The notes: generated by a model from the letters alone, not told the origin. A stretch of DNA of 64,000 nucleotides from Myxococcota bacterium (GCA_965250285.1 OZ252299.1:6176001-6240000); one strand, 5' to 3'. Shown: positions 45,125 through 55,197, numbered from the stretch's first letter. Numbers and translations: made by a program.

Positions 45125-46278
45125 TCCGTCGGGTCCCCATCGCCTGGCTTCAGCTGAAGCGAGAGAAGCTGCGACTGCTCGCGGCGATCGCCGGCGTGAC
45201 GTTCGGCGTGATCCTGATCTTCGTCCAGCTGGGGTTCCAGGAGGCGCTCTTCGCGAGCTCGGTTCGGTACCACGAGACGCTCGGCTACGACCTCGCGCTG
45301 GTCAGCCCGAAGACCGAGTTCATCGTTCGGCCCGCGAGCTTCCCTCGCAATCGGCTGCATCAGGTGACCGGCTTCGAGGGGGTCGAGCGCGTCACGCCGG
45401 TCTATCTGGGGTCGGCGCGCTGGCGCAATCCATTCGCGCCCACCGATACACGCAGCATCTTCGTCGTCGGCTTCGACCCCGCAGACGAGGGCTTTCAGGC
45501 GCTCTTCGACCAGGCGCTCTTGGGTGAGATCACCAAGCCCGATCGCCTGCTCTTCGACGCGGCTTCGCGCCCCGAGTTCGGGCCGGTGCCCGATCGCGTG
45601 CGCGAGGACGGCTGGCTGGGCGCCGAGGTGAACGACCGCGCGGTGCGCGTCGTCGGGCTGTTCGACCTCGGCACCTCGTTCGGCATCGACGGAAGCCTGC
45701 TGACGAGCGACCTCAACTTCATTCGGTTGTTTCCTGACCGGACGCCATCGCACATCGATCTCGGGCTGATCCACCTCGCACCGGGCGCCGACCCGGTGAC
45801 GACCCGCGACGCGATCCTCGAGACATTGCCGCGTGACGTCGTGGTGCTGACACGGGACGACTTCGTCCGACACGAGATCGAGTACTGGAGCAGCTCGACT
45901 CCGATCGGCTACGTCTTCAGCTTCGGCGTGGCCATGGGTCTCGTGGTCGGAATGATCATCGTCTATCAGATCCTGTTCTCGGACGTACAGGACAGTCTGC
46001 GCGAGTACGCGACGCTCAAGGCCATGGGGTACACGCACGGCTTCCTCGTCGGCGTGGTGCTCAGAGAGGCGTCGCTGCTTGCCGTCTTCAGCTACTTGCC
46101 CGCCCTCGCGCTCTCGGTCGTGATCTACAAGCAGGCGGGTGCTGCGACCCACCTGCCCGTGGCCATGAGCCCCGAGAGAGCCGTCGGCGTCTTCGCACTC
46201 ACGCTCCTCATGTGCTGTGCGTCCGCGGCGCTCGCGATTCGCAAGCTGCGGTCGGCGCAGCCGGCGGAGATCTTCTAG
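45121..46278 (+). CDS. DevC-like ABC exporter permease
   Basis: IAWLQLKREKLRLLAAIAGVTF, LIFVQLGF, YWSSSTPIGYVF, IVYQILFSDV, EYATLKAMGY, ends LRSAQPAEIF. Confidence 0.92.
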   Translation: MIRRVPIAWLQLKREKLRLLAAIAGVTFGVILIFVQLGFQEALFASSVRYHETLGYDLALVSPKTEFIVRPASFPRNRLHQVTGFEGVERVTPVYLGSARWRNPFAPTDTRSIFVVGFDPADEGFQALFDQALLGEITKPDRLLFDAASRPEFGPVPDRVREDGWLGAEVNDRAVRVVGLFDLGTSFGIDGSLLTSDLNFIRLFPDRTPSHIDLGLIHLAPGADPVTTRDAILETLPRDVVVLTRDDFVRHEIEYWSSSTPIGYVFSFGVAMGLVVGMIIVYQILFSDVQDSLREYATLKAMGYTHGFLVGVVLREASLLAVFSYLPALALSVVIYKQAGAATHLPVAMSPERAVGVFALTLLMCCASAALAIRKLRSAQPAEIF

Positions 46279-47370
46279 GTGACCGCCGCCGATCCCACCG
46301 TCTCGATCGCGTTCGACGACGTGTCGTACTTCTACGGTCGCGGTGCGCTCGAGAAGCAGATCCTGTTCGGCGTCAGCGACGCGGTGCGACAGGGTGAGAT
46401 CCTGATCCTCACGGGCCCGTCGGGCTCGGGCAAGACGACGCTTTTGACCCTGATGGGCGCCCTGCGCGCGGCGCAGAGCGGCAGTATCCGGATCCTCGGC
46501 GAAGAGCTGCGCGGTGCAAAGGAAAAGACGCTCGTCGGGGTCCGAAGACAGATCGGGTACATCTTTCAGTCACACAACCTGCTGCCCGCGCTCTCGGTCG
46601 AGCAGAATGTCCGCATGGCGGTGCAGCTCGGCGAGCTGCAGAAGCTGTCTCGCGCCGAGCAGCGCGCGCGCATGGAGGAGGTGCTGGGGCGTGTCGGGAT
46701 GGCCGAGCACATCGACAAGCGCGTCGATCAACTGTCGGGCGGCCAGCGGCAGCGGGTCGCGATCGCCCGCGCGCTCGTCAACCGCCCGAAGATCATCCTC
46801 GCCGACGAGCCGACGGCCTCGCTCGACAAGCAGTCGGGCCGCGACGTCGTCGATCTGATCCAGCAGCTTGCGCGAGAAGAGGGGGCGAGTGTCGTGCTCG
46901 TGACGCACGACAATCGTATCCTCGACGTCGCCGATCGCATCCTGCACCTCGAAGATGGCCGCATCCGCCCGCTGGCCGACGCAGTGGCTTCGGACGCAGG
47001 ACGCATGCTGCACATCCTGTCCGAGCAGGATCCCGAGTCGCATGCGCACCTGCTCACCTTCGCGATCGCGCTGGCCCGCGTGGCGCACGCCGACCGCGAC
47101 GTGTCGGACGCCGAGGTCGAGGTGATTCGCGGTGTCTTGAACGAGACGGCCGGGCTCGGTGTGGGTGAGACCGAGTTCGTACTCGAGCTGGCGCTCGCGC
47201 AGCCGGCGAGCGGCGACCAGGGCGGCAGCGCCTTGTCGTGTCTGCCGCCCGATCGGGCACGCCAGCTCATTGCGGCACTCGAACGGGTCGCCGAAGCCGA
47301 CGGCGAGCTGACGGCCGACGAGCGCGAAGAGATCGACCGCATCGTCGCCGAGGTCGGGGGCGCGGCCTAG
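46279..47370 (+). CDS. DevA-like ABC ATPase fused to a C-terminal TerB-like domain
   Basis: Walker A GPSGSGKTT, LSGGQRQRVAIARAL, ILADEPT, LVTHDNRILD; extra ~125 aa with VAHADRDVSDAE and VAEADGELTADE. Confidence 0.9.
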   Translation: MTAADPTVSIAFDDVSYFYGRGALEKQILFGVSDAVRQGEILILTGPSGSGKTTLLTLMGALRAAQSGSIRILGEELRGAKEKTLVGVRRQIGYIFQSHNLLPALSVEQNVRMAVQLGELQKLSRAEQRARMEEVLGRVGMAEHIDKRVDQLSGGQRQRVAIARALVNRPKIILADEPTASLDKQSGRDVVDLIQQLAREEGASVVLVTHDNRILDVADRILHLEDGRIRPLADAVASDAGRMLHILSEQDPESHAHLLTFAIALARVAHADRDVSDAEVEVIRGVLNETAGLGVGETEFVLELALAQPASGDQGGSALSCLPPDRARQLIAALERVAEADGELTADEREEIDRIVAEVGGAA

Positions 47371-47499
47371 CGGTCCGAGCCGCTACACCCCCGCAAACCC
47401 GATACGGATCGTGCGGGATCGTCTCGAGACCGGGCCTGGCCCGGCGCTACGCTGTTCGGCCCGACCCGACGGTCCAGCCGTCGCAGCCCCGGAGAGAAC

Positions 47500-48537
47500 G
47501 TGATGGAAGCAGCCCTCGTCACGGGCCATCACCAGATCGAGCTGACCGAGTTTCCCGATCCCGAACCGAGCGCGGGCAAGCCGGTCGTGCAGATCACGAG
47601 CTGCGGCATCTGTGGCACCGACCTCCACGCCTACCACACCGGCGAGCCCTACAACCCGGCGATCTGCGGCCACGAGTGGACGGGGACGGTGTCGGCGGTG
47701 CCGAACGACGTGTCCCACATCAAGGAGGGCGATCGCGTCGCGCTCGGCGTGCAGCCAGCCTGCGGTCAGTGCAACGAGTGCAAGGCGGGGGACCCCGCGC
47801 ACTGTGTCGCCGTGATGATGGGCATGATCGGCGTCGGTCCGCTTGCAGCGCCCCACGGCGGGTTCGCTCCGGCCATCGCGATCGACGGCAAGCGACTGTA
47901 TGCGGTGCGCGATGGTCTCTCGGACGTCGAGGCCTCGATGCTCGAGCCGTCGAGCATCGCGATCCATGCGCTTCGGCGCACGCCGCTTCGGCTGGGTGAC
48001 GCGGTGCTGGTGATCGGAGCGGGCCCAGTCGGTCTGCTCGTGCAGCAGTGTGCCAAGGCCGCCGGAGCGGGCATCGTCGTCGTGATCGAACCGAACGCGT
48101 CGCGCGGGGCGCTGGCGAAGCAGCTCGGCGCCGAGGCCGTGATCGATCCCAAGACCGAGGACGTGCAGACGCGTGTCGCCGAGCTCTGCGGCCCCCTCGG
48201 CCCCGACGTCGTCTTCGAGTGTGCCGGGATCCCGCAGACCGTCGATCAGTCGGTGAAGCTCGCGCGCCGGGGCGGCGTCGTCTCGCTCGTCGGCATGGCG
48301 ACGGTGCCGGCCGAGATCTCGCCCGGCGACTGGCTGATCAAGGAGGTGCGGCTCGTCGCCAGCCTCGGCCAGCTGCACGACGAATTCGACACGGCGATGC
48401 AGCTCGTCGCCGACGGCCGCCTGAAGCTCGAGCCGCTGCACACGAAGACCGTCAAGCTGACGGACATCGACCAGGGGTTCCAGGATCTGCTGGGCGGCGG
48501 GGATCAGATCAAGATCCTCGTCGATCCGCGTGGCTGA
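47500..48537 (+). CDS. Zinc-binding medium-chain alcohol/polyol dehydrogenase
   Basis: CGICGTDLH, GHE, structural-Zn CGQCNECKAGDPAHC, GAGPVG. Confidence 0.93.
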   Translation: MMEAALVTGHHQIELTEFPDPEPSAGKPVVQITSCGICGTDLHAYHTGEPYNPAICGHEWTGTVSAVPNDVSHIKEGDRVALGVQPACGQCNECKAGDPAHCVAVMMGMIGVGPLAAPHGGFAPAIAIDGKRLYAVRDGLSDVEASMLEPSSIAIHALRRTPLRLGDAVLVIGAGPVGLLVQQCAKAAGAGIVVVIEPNASRGALAKQLGAEAVIDPKTEDVQTRVAELCGPLGPDVVFECAGIPQTVDQSVKLARRGGVVSLVGMATVPAEISPGDWLIKEVRLVASLGQLHDEFDTAMQLVADGRLKLEPLHTKTVKLTDIDQGFQDLLGGGDQIKILVDPRG

Positions 48538-48561
48538 CGCGCCACGTTCGAGGGGACTTCG

Positions 48562-48951
48562 ATGTACAGCCACCTCACCGTCGGGTACACCGATTTCGAG
48601 CGGGCGCGCGCGTTCTACGACGCGATCATGAGCGTGCTGGGGCATCCGGTGCTCTTCGTCTTCGACGAGCAGGGGCTCGTCGCGTACGGTGACGCCGCGG
48701 GGCCGAAGCTCTTCGTGGTGCCGCCCTTCGATGGCAATCCCGCGCGGCCCGCCAACGGGATGCACGCTGCGTTCCTCGCCGAGAGCCGCGAGGTCGTCGA
48801 CGCGTTCCACGCGGCGGCGCTCGCCCACGGCGGTAGCGACGAGGGCGAGCCCGGGCTGCGCCCGCACTATCATCCCAACTACTACGGAGCCTACGTGCGC
48901 GATCCCGACGGCAACAAGCTCCAGGCCGTCTGCCACCGCAAGGTGGATTGA
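48562..48951 (+). CDS. VOC/glyoxalase family protein
   Basis: HLTVGYTDFERARAFYDA, NGMHAAF, PGLRPHYHPNYYGAYVRDPDGNKLQAVC. Confidence 0.92.
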   Translation: MYSHLTVGYTDFERARAFYDAIMSVLGHPVLFVFDEQGLVAYGDAAGPKLFVVPPFDGNPARPANGMHAAFLAESREVVDAFHAAALAHGGSDEGEPGLRPHYHPNYYGAYVRDPDGNKLQAVCHRKVD

Positions 48952-49006
48952 GGTCGATCTCTCTTCTGGGTCGCGGCAGGCGGCCATGTCCCAGCGCAGG
49001 TCCACG

Positions 49007-49657
49007 ATGACGCGGACGCTCCTCTTCGACCTCGACGGTACGCTGACCGACTCGGCGCCCGGGATTACCCGCTGCATCGCGCATGCGCTCGAACGCCACG
49101 GCCTCGACCCCGTGCCCGATGAGCGGCTTCGCGCCTGTGTGGGCCCACCGCTCGCCGATTCGTTTCGCGACCTGTCGGGCGGCGGCGACCAGATCGAGTC
49201 GCTGATCGCCGCGTACCGCGAGCGCTACGTCGAGACCGGGATGTTCGAGAACGTGGTCTACGCGGGCGTCGAGGCGCTGCTCGACGCGCTCGTCGATCTC
49301 GGCATCGAGATTCACGTCGTCACGGCGAAGCCGGGCGTGTACGCCGAGCGGGTGCTCGACCACTTCGAGCTGCGCGATCGGTTCGGCGGCGTGCATGGCC
49401 CCGAGCTCGACGGCTCGAAGACCACGAAGGCCGAGCTCATCGAGGCGGCGCGCCGTCGTCACGACCTCGATCCGGCGCGCACCATCATGATCGGCGACCG
49501 CGGAGTCGACATGGCGTCGGCCCGGGCGCACGCCATGGGCGCTTGGGGCGTGCGGTGGGGATACGGCTCGGATGACGAGCTGCTCACCGCCGGCGCAGAG
49601 GCATTGGTCGACCGACCGGCTGACGTGTTGTCGAGCCTCGTTCGGCTCGGGCACTGA
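49007..49657 (+). CDS. HAD-superfamily hydrolase (phosphoglycolate phosphatase-like)
   Basis: LLFDLDGTLTDS, VVTAKP, MIGDRGVDM, WGYGS; start 49007 or 48986. Confidence 0.9.
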   Translation: MTRTLLFDLDGTLTDSAPGITRCIAHALERHGLDPVPDERLRACVGPPLADSFRDLSGGGDQIESLIAAYRERYVETGMFENVVYAGVEALLDALVDLGIEIHVVTAKPGVYAERVLDHFELRDRFGGVHGPELDGSKTTKAELIEAARRRHDLDPARTIMIGDRGVDMASARAHAMGAWGVRWGYGSDDELLTAGAEALVDRPADVLSSLVRLGH

Positions 49658-49848
49658 GGACGCGCCGGCTCGGGCGGCGCGCTGGGCGAGGGCGCCCGCG
49701 AAGGCGATGCTCCAAGCGAACGACCAGGGAGAAGGTCTGGCGTTCGCCGGGATGCGGCAGGGCCTTCGCGGGCGCGGCGTGGCGGCACACGCCTGTTGAC
49801 TCCCCCCAACGTCACGACCCCGACAGGCGTGGGTCGTAGCTCGATGCG

Positions 49849-51453
49849 TCAGCCCAGCGTCGCCGGGCCCTCTGAACCTGCTGCGCTCACGGCCACCGTG
49901 GCGCTGTGCGGCGGTGATTCGATGTCTGGTACGGCCACGGGCTCGGGCGACTTGCTGCTCGAAGCGCCATCGCCCTTCGCCGGCGTCACGTCTTCGACGG
50001 CCACCGGCGTGCGCTTTCGCGCGGCCGGCGCCGTCGACTTCTCGTCGTGCAGCTCGACCCCGGCCGCATCGGCCAGGGCCATGAAGGCCTGGGCGAAGAG
50101 CGCCGTGAACGTGCCCAGATCGGGCACCAGGTCGTAGTCTGCATTCAGGCCCACGTGCAGCTTGCCGTCGTAGCTGAAGAGCGCGATGCCGAGCCCCGTG
50201 CCGTCGAGCAGCGGGACGAGCGGCTGGAGCTCGAGGAGCTTCGCGCCGAGCATGTAGAGCGGAAACTGCGGCCCCGGCACGTTGGTGACGATCATGTTCA
50301 CGGGCCCGGACGCCAGCCGCGCGCCGAGACTCAGCAGGCCGGCCGGCGCGTACTCGGCGGCCTGCATGACCATCTCGAGCCCGAGCGCCTGGTTCGACGA
50401 CTTGCACTCCTCGGTGGCGGCGCGGACACCGTTCAGCCAGTCGGTGGGCTCGTCGCGTTCGATCGGGAGACGCACGATCCACGTCGAGACGCGATTGCCC
50501 ATGCGCTCTTCGCCGCTGCCCCGCATGCTGACCGGCGCCGAAACCCGGAAGTCGGTTGTCGCCGGGCGCTCCCCGCGACGGATCAGGTAGTGGCGAACCG
50601 CGCCTGTGACGGTCGCGAGCACGACGTCATTGATCGTGCTGTCGAGCGCCTTGCCGACCTGCTTCACGTCACCGAGGGGCAGGGTCAGCCAGTCGGCGCG
50701 GCGATGCGGGCCCAGGTCGCCGTTGATCGGCGTCTTGGTCGATCGCGTGACGCCCCAGGTCGCGAACTCGGTCAATGCCTTGACGCGCGTCTGCAGATCC
50801 TTCGCGACATCCTTCGAGTCGACGACGAATTCGGAGAGTCCGCGCAGCGCTCGCATCGGCGCGGCCGTGAGGCGCTCGGCGGCGTCGAGAGCGAGCTCGA
50901 GGCCGCTCGGCACCGGTCGCGGCTCGAAGGCCGCCGGCTCGGCGATCTCGAATTCGGGGCTCATGCTGAAGAGGATCTGCGCGACGTTCGCCCCCGCGTC
51001 CCCGTCGATCATGCAGTGATGAATCTTGCTGACCATCGCGAACCGGTCACCCTCGAGGCCTTCGATGACCCAGATCTCCCAGAGCGGTCGGCTGCGGTCG
51101 AGCCCGCGTGTGGTGATGCGCGCGGTCAGCTTCTTGAGCTCCTCGAGGCCACCGGGCTTCGGCAGGGCGGCGTGTCGAATGTGGTAGTCGATGTTGAAGT
51201 GCGCATCGTCGACCCAGACGGGTCGGCCTTCGAGTGGCACGTACGCCAGCTTCTGGCGGTAGCGCGGAATGCGGTGGAGCTGCGCTTCGATGGCGCGCTT
51301 GAAGGTGCGGATGTCGACCCCGCCGTCTCGCGTGACGAGGTTGCCCGTTTCGAAGATGCCTACGGCGGCGACGTGCAGCGGCGAGTGTTCGCTCTCGGCG
51401 ATCAGGAAGCTGTTGTCCTGGGCCGTGAGTCGGTCGAATGCAGCGTGGAACAT
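49849..51453 (-). CDS. Wax ester synthase/diacylglycerol acyltransferase (WS/DGAT)
   Basis: Catalytic KIHHCMIDG (HHxxxDG), LDRSRPLWE, TINDVVLA, TNVPGPQFPLY; GGAGG RBS before ATG 51453. Confidence 0.94.
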   Translation of the reverse strand: MFHAAFDRLTAQDNSFLIAESEHSPLHVAAVGIFETGNLVTRDGGVDIRTFKRAIEAQLHRIPRYRQKLAYVPLEGRPVWVDDAHFNIDYHIRHAALPKPGGLEELKKLTARITTRGLDRSRPLWEIWVIEGLEGDRFAMVSKIHHCMIDGDAGANVAQILFSMSPEFEIAEPAAFEPRPVPSGLELALDAAERLTAAPMRALRGLSEFVVDSKDVAKDLQTRVKALTEFATWGVTRSTKTPINGDLGPHRRADWLTLPLGDVKQVGKALDSTINDVVLATVTGAVRHYLIRRGERPATTDFRVSAPVSMRGSGEERMGNRVSTWIVRLPIERDEPTDWLNGVRAATEECKSSNQALGLEMVMQAAEYAPAGLLSLGARLASGPVNMIVTNVPGPQFPLYMLGAKLLELQPLVPLLDGTGLGIALFSYDGKLHVGLNADYDLVPDLGTFTALFAQAFMALADAAGVELHDEKSTAPAARKRTPVAVEDVTPAKGDGASSSKSPEPVAVPDIESPPHSATVAVSAAGSEGPATLG

Positions 51454-51527
51454 GGGGCCTCCGTCGAGCTGCGCGCGACGGGCCACGATCAGGGCTGCCG
51501 CGACGCTGCGGTTGCCTCTATTGGAGA

Positions 51528-51543
51528 TGCAACGCGCGTGCCA
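51528..51543 (-). promoter_or_regulatory. Sigma54 (-24/-12) promoter upstream of WS/DGAT
   Basis: Minus strand reads TGGCAC-GCGCG-TTGCA, an exact TGGCAC-N5-TTGCW match, about 75 bp before the start codon. Confidence 0.8.
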
Positions 51544-51627
51544 GCCGGAGAGTGCACGAGGGTGGACCCGAGTCCGGTGCTGCCTCATCGGCGGGCAGGG
51601 GGCTGCCGGATGGCCGGGCCAGCGGAG

Positions 51628-51900
51628 TCAGCCGCCGATGGATCCGACCCGCGGCGCGCGTCCGGCGCCCGGCTCGAGGGGGTGGCGCGAGCACCAGCGC
51701 AGCTCGCCCAGCTCGTAGATCGCGGCCACCAGATCCTGACCGCGGCGGGCCGTCGCCGAGAAGCGGATCGAGAGCGCGAGTGGCTCGACGGTGCAGTCTT
51801 CGAGGTCATCGGCTTCGAGCAGCGTATGGAAGGCCTTCGTCAGACCCTCCTGGGCATCGAACTCGAGCTGCCAGACGTAGGTCGAACGGTCGGGCTTCAT
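51628..51900 (-). CDS. Small hypothetical protein (90 aa)
   Basis: GGGAGG upstream, non-shadow composition (YVWQLEF...LRWCSRHPL), fills the gap between two minus-strand genes. Confidence 0.55.
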   Translation of the reverse strand: MKPDRSTYVWQLEFDAQEGLTKAFHTLLEADDLEDCTVEPLALSIRFSATARRGQDLVAAIYELGELRWCSRHPLEPGAGRAPRVGSIGG

Positions 51901-52103
51901 CCCTCGGCACCTCCCTGCCTTCTGGGCATTCGACTTAGCAAGGACCGAGCCAGTACGAGCGCGCCCATGGCTGCGCCTCGGGCCACCACGTTGGGCGGAC
52001 CGGCGCAGGCTGCACCATTCGTGGGCAGCGCGATGAATTCGTGGGCGAGCGGCGCGACACGCGCGCCGAATTGCGCGCGGATCGGGGGGGATCGCCGGCG
52101 CTG

Positions 52104-52994
52104 CTAGCCGGACACGAGCGGCAGCACGTTCTCGATCTCATCGAGCTCGGCGCTCGTCGGCACGAGGAAGATTTCTTCACTGCCAGCGCGACGCAGGTTC
52201 TCGATCGCCTCCGCGACGGCTCCGGGCTCATGTCGGGTCATGGTGCCTGCCACACCGTTGGCCATCGGGTCCCCGAAGACCTTCAGGTATTCGTACACGT
52301 ACGTGCGTAGTCGATGCTCGGCGTCAGAGGCGAGCGAGTACCAGAAGCCGCCGACGAGCCGCGGGGGTGTGCTGCGCCCGGCCTTCTCCCACGCCTCGCG
52401 CGCCAGATCGAACATGCGCCGGGTCTCGTCGTACTCGCCGTTCATCGAGAACGAGTAGACGCCGTCGGCCCACTCGGCCGCCCGCGCCATGGCCTTCGGG
52501 CCCATCGCGCCCGCGAGAATCGGGGGGCCTTCCTTCTGCACCGGGTTCGGGCCCACGATGTCGGCGCCGTCGAAGGGGGGCTCGCCGGCCCAGATCCGCC
52601 GCATGCGCGCGATCTGTGCGTCCATCCGGGCGTGCCGGCGCGCGAACGAGGCGCCCACGGCGCGGTAGTCGACCTCACGTCCGCCGACGCCGACGGTCAG
52701 CGTCACGCGCCCGCCGGACAGGACGTCGAGGGTCGCGATCTCCTTGGCGGCCCAGACCTCGTCGTGCATCGGCAGGACGTAGAGGCTCGGGACGATCCGC
52801 ACGCGCTCCGTCACCGCTGCGGCGGCCGCGAGCAGGCCGCGCATCTCGAGCGTGTAGCCGGTGATCCGTTCGCCCGTCGAGAGGCTCGAGAAGGGGCCCT
52901 CGTCGATCGCGCGACACCAGGCGAGGACCTCCTCGCGTCCATAGTCGCGCTCCATGTAGGGCAGGCACACACCGACGTCCATCTCGTCCTCCAT
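52104..52994 (-). CDS. LLM-class flavin/F420-dependent oxidoreductase
   Basis: LAAAAAVTERVRI, AKEIATLDVLSGGRVTLTVGVGGRE, PPILAGA, MARAAEWADG. Confidence 0.9.
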   Translation of the reverse strand: MEDEMDVGVCLPYMERDYGREEVLAWCRAIDEGPFSSLSTGERITGYTLEMRGLLAAAAAVTERVRIVPSLYVLPMHDEVWAAKEIATLDVLSGGRVTLTVGVGGREVDYRAVGASFARRHARMDAQIARMRRIWAGEPPFDGADIVGPNPVQKEGPPILAGAMGPKAMARAAEWADGVYSFSMNGEYDETRRMFDLAREAWEKAGRSTPPRLVGGFWYSLASDAEHRLRTYVYEYLKVFGDPMANGVAGTMTRHEPGAVAEAIENLRRAGSEEIFLVPTSAELDEIENVLPLVSG

Positions 52995-53214
52995 TCGCTC
53001 AGGCCGGTGCTCGGGGCCGAGCTTCGCCCCCGAGCGGCTCCCGATGGTAGGTCAGGGCGGCCCGCGCCGAGCCCCCGAAGCCGTGTCGCCGATCACGCGG
53101 CCGAGGCGCCGTTTCGCCGCTTCGAAGGGGGCGGGCGTGGGCCCGGAGAGCCTCAAGATGATCGGGTGAAGACCCGATGAGCAGGCCGCGTCAGTGCGTT
53201 TCTGGGAGATTCCG

Positions 53215-55059
53215 ATGATGCAGTATTTCTGTCGATGGGCCGTTCTCGTGGCATGGGCCGCCGTGCTCGCCAGCATCGGCTGTGCCGGTGGTGCGTGGGA
53301 GAGCGCGCTGCGCGAGGACACGCCGGCGGCCTACTACCGCTACATGCGCGACAACCCCGACGGCGACCACGCCGGGGCCGCGCAGGAGCGGATCGACTTT
53401 CACAAGGTCAAGCGCAACCTGACGCTCGTGAACTATCGCTGGTTCGAGACCAAGTACCCGCACAGCGTGCTGCTCGACGATCTGCGACCCGCGATCGAGC
53501 CGAAGGCTTTCGAGGGCGCGCGGGCCGTGGGCACCGCCGAGGCCTACCGCGATTTCGCCGTCGAGTTTCCGCACGGCGAGTACGCGGCGCGGGCTGAAGC
53601 GAATGCGATGTTCCTCGACTCGGATGGCTTCGGCGGCGACGTCCAGGCGCTCGAGCGATTCGCGGCCCAGCACCCCGAGAGTGATTTTTCGGCCGAGGCG
53701 ATCCGGAGCGCCGAAGCGGCGAAGCTGCGTGCGAGCTCGCGCATCCAGCGGCTCGCGCTCGAGGTTCGCATCGATTCGAAGTCGCCCGAGCCGCGCCGCC
53801 TGACCCTGCTCTTCACCGACGCCGCCCGCAAGGCGTTCGACGGGTCGGGCATCGAGCTGATGATCGTCCCGGCGGGCAAGCGCGCCGTCGACATGCACAC
53901 CCTCACGATCGAGCACCGCGAGGTGCCGGTCAGCGCCGAGATGGCCGGCCGCGAGATGTCACGTTCGGGCTGGATGGCGCAGACGCGCCTCACGATCTCG
54001 CCCCCCGATCGCGAGAGCGATCCGATCTTCCGCCGCACGTTCGATCTGCGCGTCGATGAGGACGAGCACGTCGATGGACGATCGGTGCTCTTCGGCAAGA
54101 GCGGCCCGGTCTACTGGTCGTCGTTCTTCGTGCCCGTCGCGAAGTGGGCATCGAACGCGACGGTGCGACCGCCGGTTGCGTTGAACGGGGAGGAAGAGGT
54201 AGTCGCCGTCGACGCCGCCGGCGACCGCGCGGTCGTGCTCTATGAAGACGGCCGTTTCGATCTGCTCGAGCTCTCCGACCCGCTCGAGCCCAAGGTGCTC
54301 GCGACGTATCGCCGGCCCCGCGACTTCAAGAAGTACAGCGACGTGCGCATCGTGGGGGCCCGCATCGCGATCTTCGGCGAAGACGGCATCGAGCTGATCG
54401 AGTTCACCGACGAAGGCCCGGTGGCCGTGGTGTCGCGCGATCGAGGCGACGTCGGGTCGGTGCTCGCGCTGACGCCGTATCGCGGCGGCTTCGTCGTGGC
54501 CACGGCGACCGGTCTGTACTGGCTGCCCAGCGACCGGGATCGCCCCGAGCGACTCATGCGGCGGGTGATCCGCGGTGTCGACGTCGTCGGTGACGACCTG
54601 CTGCTGACCGATGGCGAGACCGTCTTCGTGACGAACGTCGAACTGATCAAGCAGAAGCGCGTCAAGGCGCAGCTCAAGCTCGGCAAGACCTTCGGGCCGG
54701 AGCGCGTGCGCGCCGAGGGCCACCGCGCGGTGGTGATCGGCAAGGATGGCATCCTCGCCATCGATCTGCGCGACGCGTCGAAGCCGAAGGTGACCGCCAA
54801 GATCCACAACCAGTATGTCGGCAACGTGCTCGATGCGACGCACGTGGGGCACCGGATCTTTCTGATCGGCGATCACGGTTTGCTCGTGATGGATCCGAAC
54901 GCGCGCACCGTGACCGAGACCGTCGACCTGCAGCCGCGCGCGCGCGTGGCCACCATGGGACGCCACGTCGTCGCGGTCGGTGATGCGAAGCTCCAGGTCA
55001 TGGATGCAACGCCGTGGCTCGGCGCAACCGCAACGAGGCCGGCTCGATCGAAGCGTTGA
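53215..55059 (+). CDS. Hypothetical lipoprotein with helical repeats and a C-terminal beta-propeller-like (LVIVD-like) region
   Basis: Lipobox-like ASIGC; repeated Y-x-x-[YF]-x-x-x-x-P-x-[GS] helical units; LLELSDPLEPKV and LAIDLRDASKPKV blades. Confidence 0.65.
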   Translation: MMQYFCRWAVLVAWAAVLASIGCAGGAWESALREDTPAAYYRYMRDNPDGDHAGAAQERIDFHKVKRNLTLVNYRWFETKYPHSVLLDDLRPAIEPKAFEGARAVGTAEAYRDFAVEFPHGEYAARAEANAMFLDSDGFGGDVQALERFAAQHPESDFSAEAIRSAEAAKLRASSRIQRLALEVRIDSKSPEPRRLTLLFTDAARKAFDGSGIELMIVPAGKRAVDMHTLTIEHREVPVSAEMAGREMSRSGWMAQTRLTISPPDRESDPIFRRTFDLRVDEDEHVDGRSVLFGKSGPVYWSSFFVPVAKWASNATVRPPVALNGEEEVVAVDAAGDRAVVLYEDGRFDLLELSDPLEPKVLATYRRPRDFKKYSDVRIVGARIAIFGEDGIELIEFTDEGPVAVVSRDRGDVGSVLALTPYRGGFVVATATGLYWLPSDRDRPERLMRRVIRGVDVVGDDLLLTDGETVFVTNVELIKQKRVKAQLKLGKTFGPERVRAEGHRAVVIGKDGILAIDLRDASKPKVTAKIHNQYVGNVLDATHVGHRIFLIGDHGLLVMDPNARTVTETVDLQPRARVATMGRHVVAVGDAKLQVMDATPWLGATATRPARSKR

Positions 55060-55197
55060 GGAATGTGCGCGGCAGCGCATGACGAACCATCCAGGATCGT
55101 CTGACGCGCCCCTGCATGGTGGATCGACCGATCAACGCAACGAACTGTGTCCGAATCGTCGTCGGCAGCAGAAGGGCCTGCGCGCTAGCCTGAGGCC

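Noticed and set aside
16200..47400. Genomic island inserted after the rrn operon
   Set aside because: No integrase, transposase or flanking direct repeats, and no obvious compositional shift by eye
50047..52107. 686-aa plus-strand ORF
   Set aside because: Antisense shadow of WS/DGAT and the adjacent small gene
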